Origin: Mobula hypostoma
Taxonomy: Eukaryota
Assembly: GCF_963921235.1 (NCBI RefSeq)
Contig: NC_086108.1
Span: 87,854,001-87,918,000, forward strand
DNA length: 64,000 bases
Direction of reading: 5' to 3'
In this document: positions 62,854 through 64,000 of the stretch, in pieces
Layout: the number at the start of each line of letters is the position of its first letter
How positions within the stretch are numbered: the first letter of the stretch is position 1
Made by a program: the position numbers and the translations under genes
Notes under the pieces: generated by a model
Told to the model about the DNA's origin: nothing
Databases searched by the model: none
What the model saw: only the letters and a program-made list of their open reading frames with translations

Positions 62854-63520
62854 TGTTGTGTTTTGCAACATCAAACCATTAAACTAGTTCAAAAGAAGAC
62901 ACAGGAGTCCAGGTTTGACTGAGTTTACAGTTGATGTTTCAGGCCAAGGTTCCTCATCAAAACTGGAAAAAAAAGTTGAGAAGTTAGAGCAAGAAGGTGG
63001 GGGGGAGGGGTGGAGGAAGTACAAGGTGGTAGGTGATAGGTGTAACTGGGATGGGGAGGGGCAAAGAAAAGGAAGCTGATTGGTGAAAGAGATGAAGGAC
63101 TGGAAAGGGGGGAACCTGATAGGAGGGAGTACAAGACCATGGAAGGAAAGGAAGGGGGAGGAGCACCAAAGGACAACACTCCTCCCTGCTTAGCTACAAG
63201 CTCCAACTCAATGTAGAATGCATCTCACCTATTTACAGAGCATATTATCAACAAAACTACTATATACAGACATTCACATTAGTAAATTTTAAATTTTCCG
63301 TTTCAGGCCTAAAAACTTAATTGCTGTGTAGGATTTCTTACTTTTTTGGAATAATGCCTTTCATTACATGGGTGATGATCTCTCTGTTTGGCAGATGAGA
63401 CTTGTTGCTGTGAAAACAACCACAAGTTCTAGGGCCTCCTCCATGGTGTTTGTAGGAGATGGCTCTGAGGCTGCAGGGATTTGTTCTGACAGCTCTGGAC
63501 ACCTTTCCTCTTCTTTTAGT
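62854..63520 (-). mobile_element. Gypsy 3' end: pol-like C-terminal tail, PPT and disrupted 3' LTR
   Basis: Minus: P/E/S/T-rich tail EERCPELSEQIPAASEPSPT..SQQQVSSAKQ..NERHYSKKVRNPTQQL* (cf. Gypsy RRYP.R.R.PP.RL); PPT aagcagggaggag (63179-63191) directly followed by TGTTGT; LTR end 62854-62925 matches solo LTR 43951. Confidence 0.75.
62926..63172 (-). mobile_element. Penelope-like pLTR fragment inserted in and replacing most of the LTR
   Basis: cagttgatgtttcaggccaaggttcctcatcaaaactgg plus purine-rich tract, as in other PLE copies. Confidence 0.72.
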
Positions 63521-64000
63521 TTGTGCATCTTGACCTTGGAAAGATGCATTTAGCTCACTGGAGTATTCTATTATTAATCGTTCTATTGCTCCGTTTATGA
63601 TCTGAACTCTCCTCTTGGTTTCCTCGTCCACAACATGTGACTATTCGAATTTTCTGTTTGTATCTCTTGTCTCTTTTCTTTTCAGCCTTCCATTCATCTA
63701 GCTGGGATTTAGTCTTTATGTCTAGTTTGACAAGCAGCTTTTTGTCTCCCACTTAAAGTTCCTGCAATAACCTTAATGCACACAGTAGATTTTGTTTCTT
63801 TATACTCACAAAAGACGAGTGCTTGCAACTTTCCTTAAACTCCTTTATCTCTCATCCAGTTTTAAACAAAACCACACTAGGCCTGATTAACATATCAGAG
63901 GCATTCTCAGATCTATTACTTGCACCAACTGTTGCAGCTGAACCATTGCTTTCATCACTTTCACACTTTCTCTGAACAACAAGGTCTTCCCTTGCTTTCC
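63521..64000 (-). pseudogene. RBM25: RBM25 fragment (RRM and following helix), apparently intronless, with stops and frameshifts, copy 2; runs off window
   Basis: QRKCESDES..ASDMLIR..CGFV*NW..GKLQALVFCEYKE..ALRLLQEL*VGDKKLLVKLDIKTKSQLDEWKAEKK..DEETKRRVQIINGAIERLIIEYSSELNA, matching RBM25 as recalled (IGEKKLLVKVDAKTKAQLDEWK..DEETKRRDQMIKGAIEVLIREYSSELNA). Confidence 0.92.

Noticed and set aside
63521-64000. RBM25 as a functional host gene locus (also 7670-7975)
   Set aside because: Multiple stops, frameshifts and a deletion; no splice signals; flanked by retroelement sequence.
1-64000. CRISPR arrays, operons or other prokaryotic systems
   Set aside because: No regularly spaced repeat-spacer array; the content is vertebrate transposable elements.

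Overview
Repeat-dense eukaryotic DNA, very likely cartilaginous fish and probably a ray. This is inferred from HE1/V-SINE-type SINEs, HER1/CR1 and Rex1/Babar LINEs and Penelope-like elements. No intact host gene could be identified; a few well-formed minus-strand exon candidates (10069-10156, 24396-24453, 32603-32675) suggest the window may be the intronic or 5' part of a large gene. Most ORFs in the track are TE fragments or antisense shadows of TEs. The main finding is an apparently intronless fragment of the splicing-factor gene RBM25 (RRM region) lying inside Ty3/Gypsy sequence where RT/RNaseH/integrase should be, seen twice. At 7670-8465 the Gypsy aspartic protease runs in frame into RBM25, and this piece is embedded between the 5' and 3' parts of a Rex1/Babar LINE. 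At 62854-64000 RBM25 runs into a Gypsy pol-like tail, a PPT and a 3' LTR remnant. A related solo LTR lies at 43951-44156. This points to a host-gene-transducing, non-autonomous LTR retrotransposon family. Also noted: minimal hammerhead ribozymes in Penelope-derived repeats, including palindromic inserts with TSDs; a candidate HDV-like ribozyme with an L3-inserted hairpin at the 5' end of a (CAA)n-tailed retroposon; and a young CR1 with an in-frame copy of its own 3' segment at its 5' end. All family assignments come from motif recognition by eye, not database searches.
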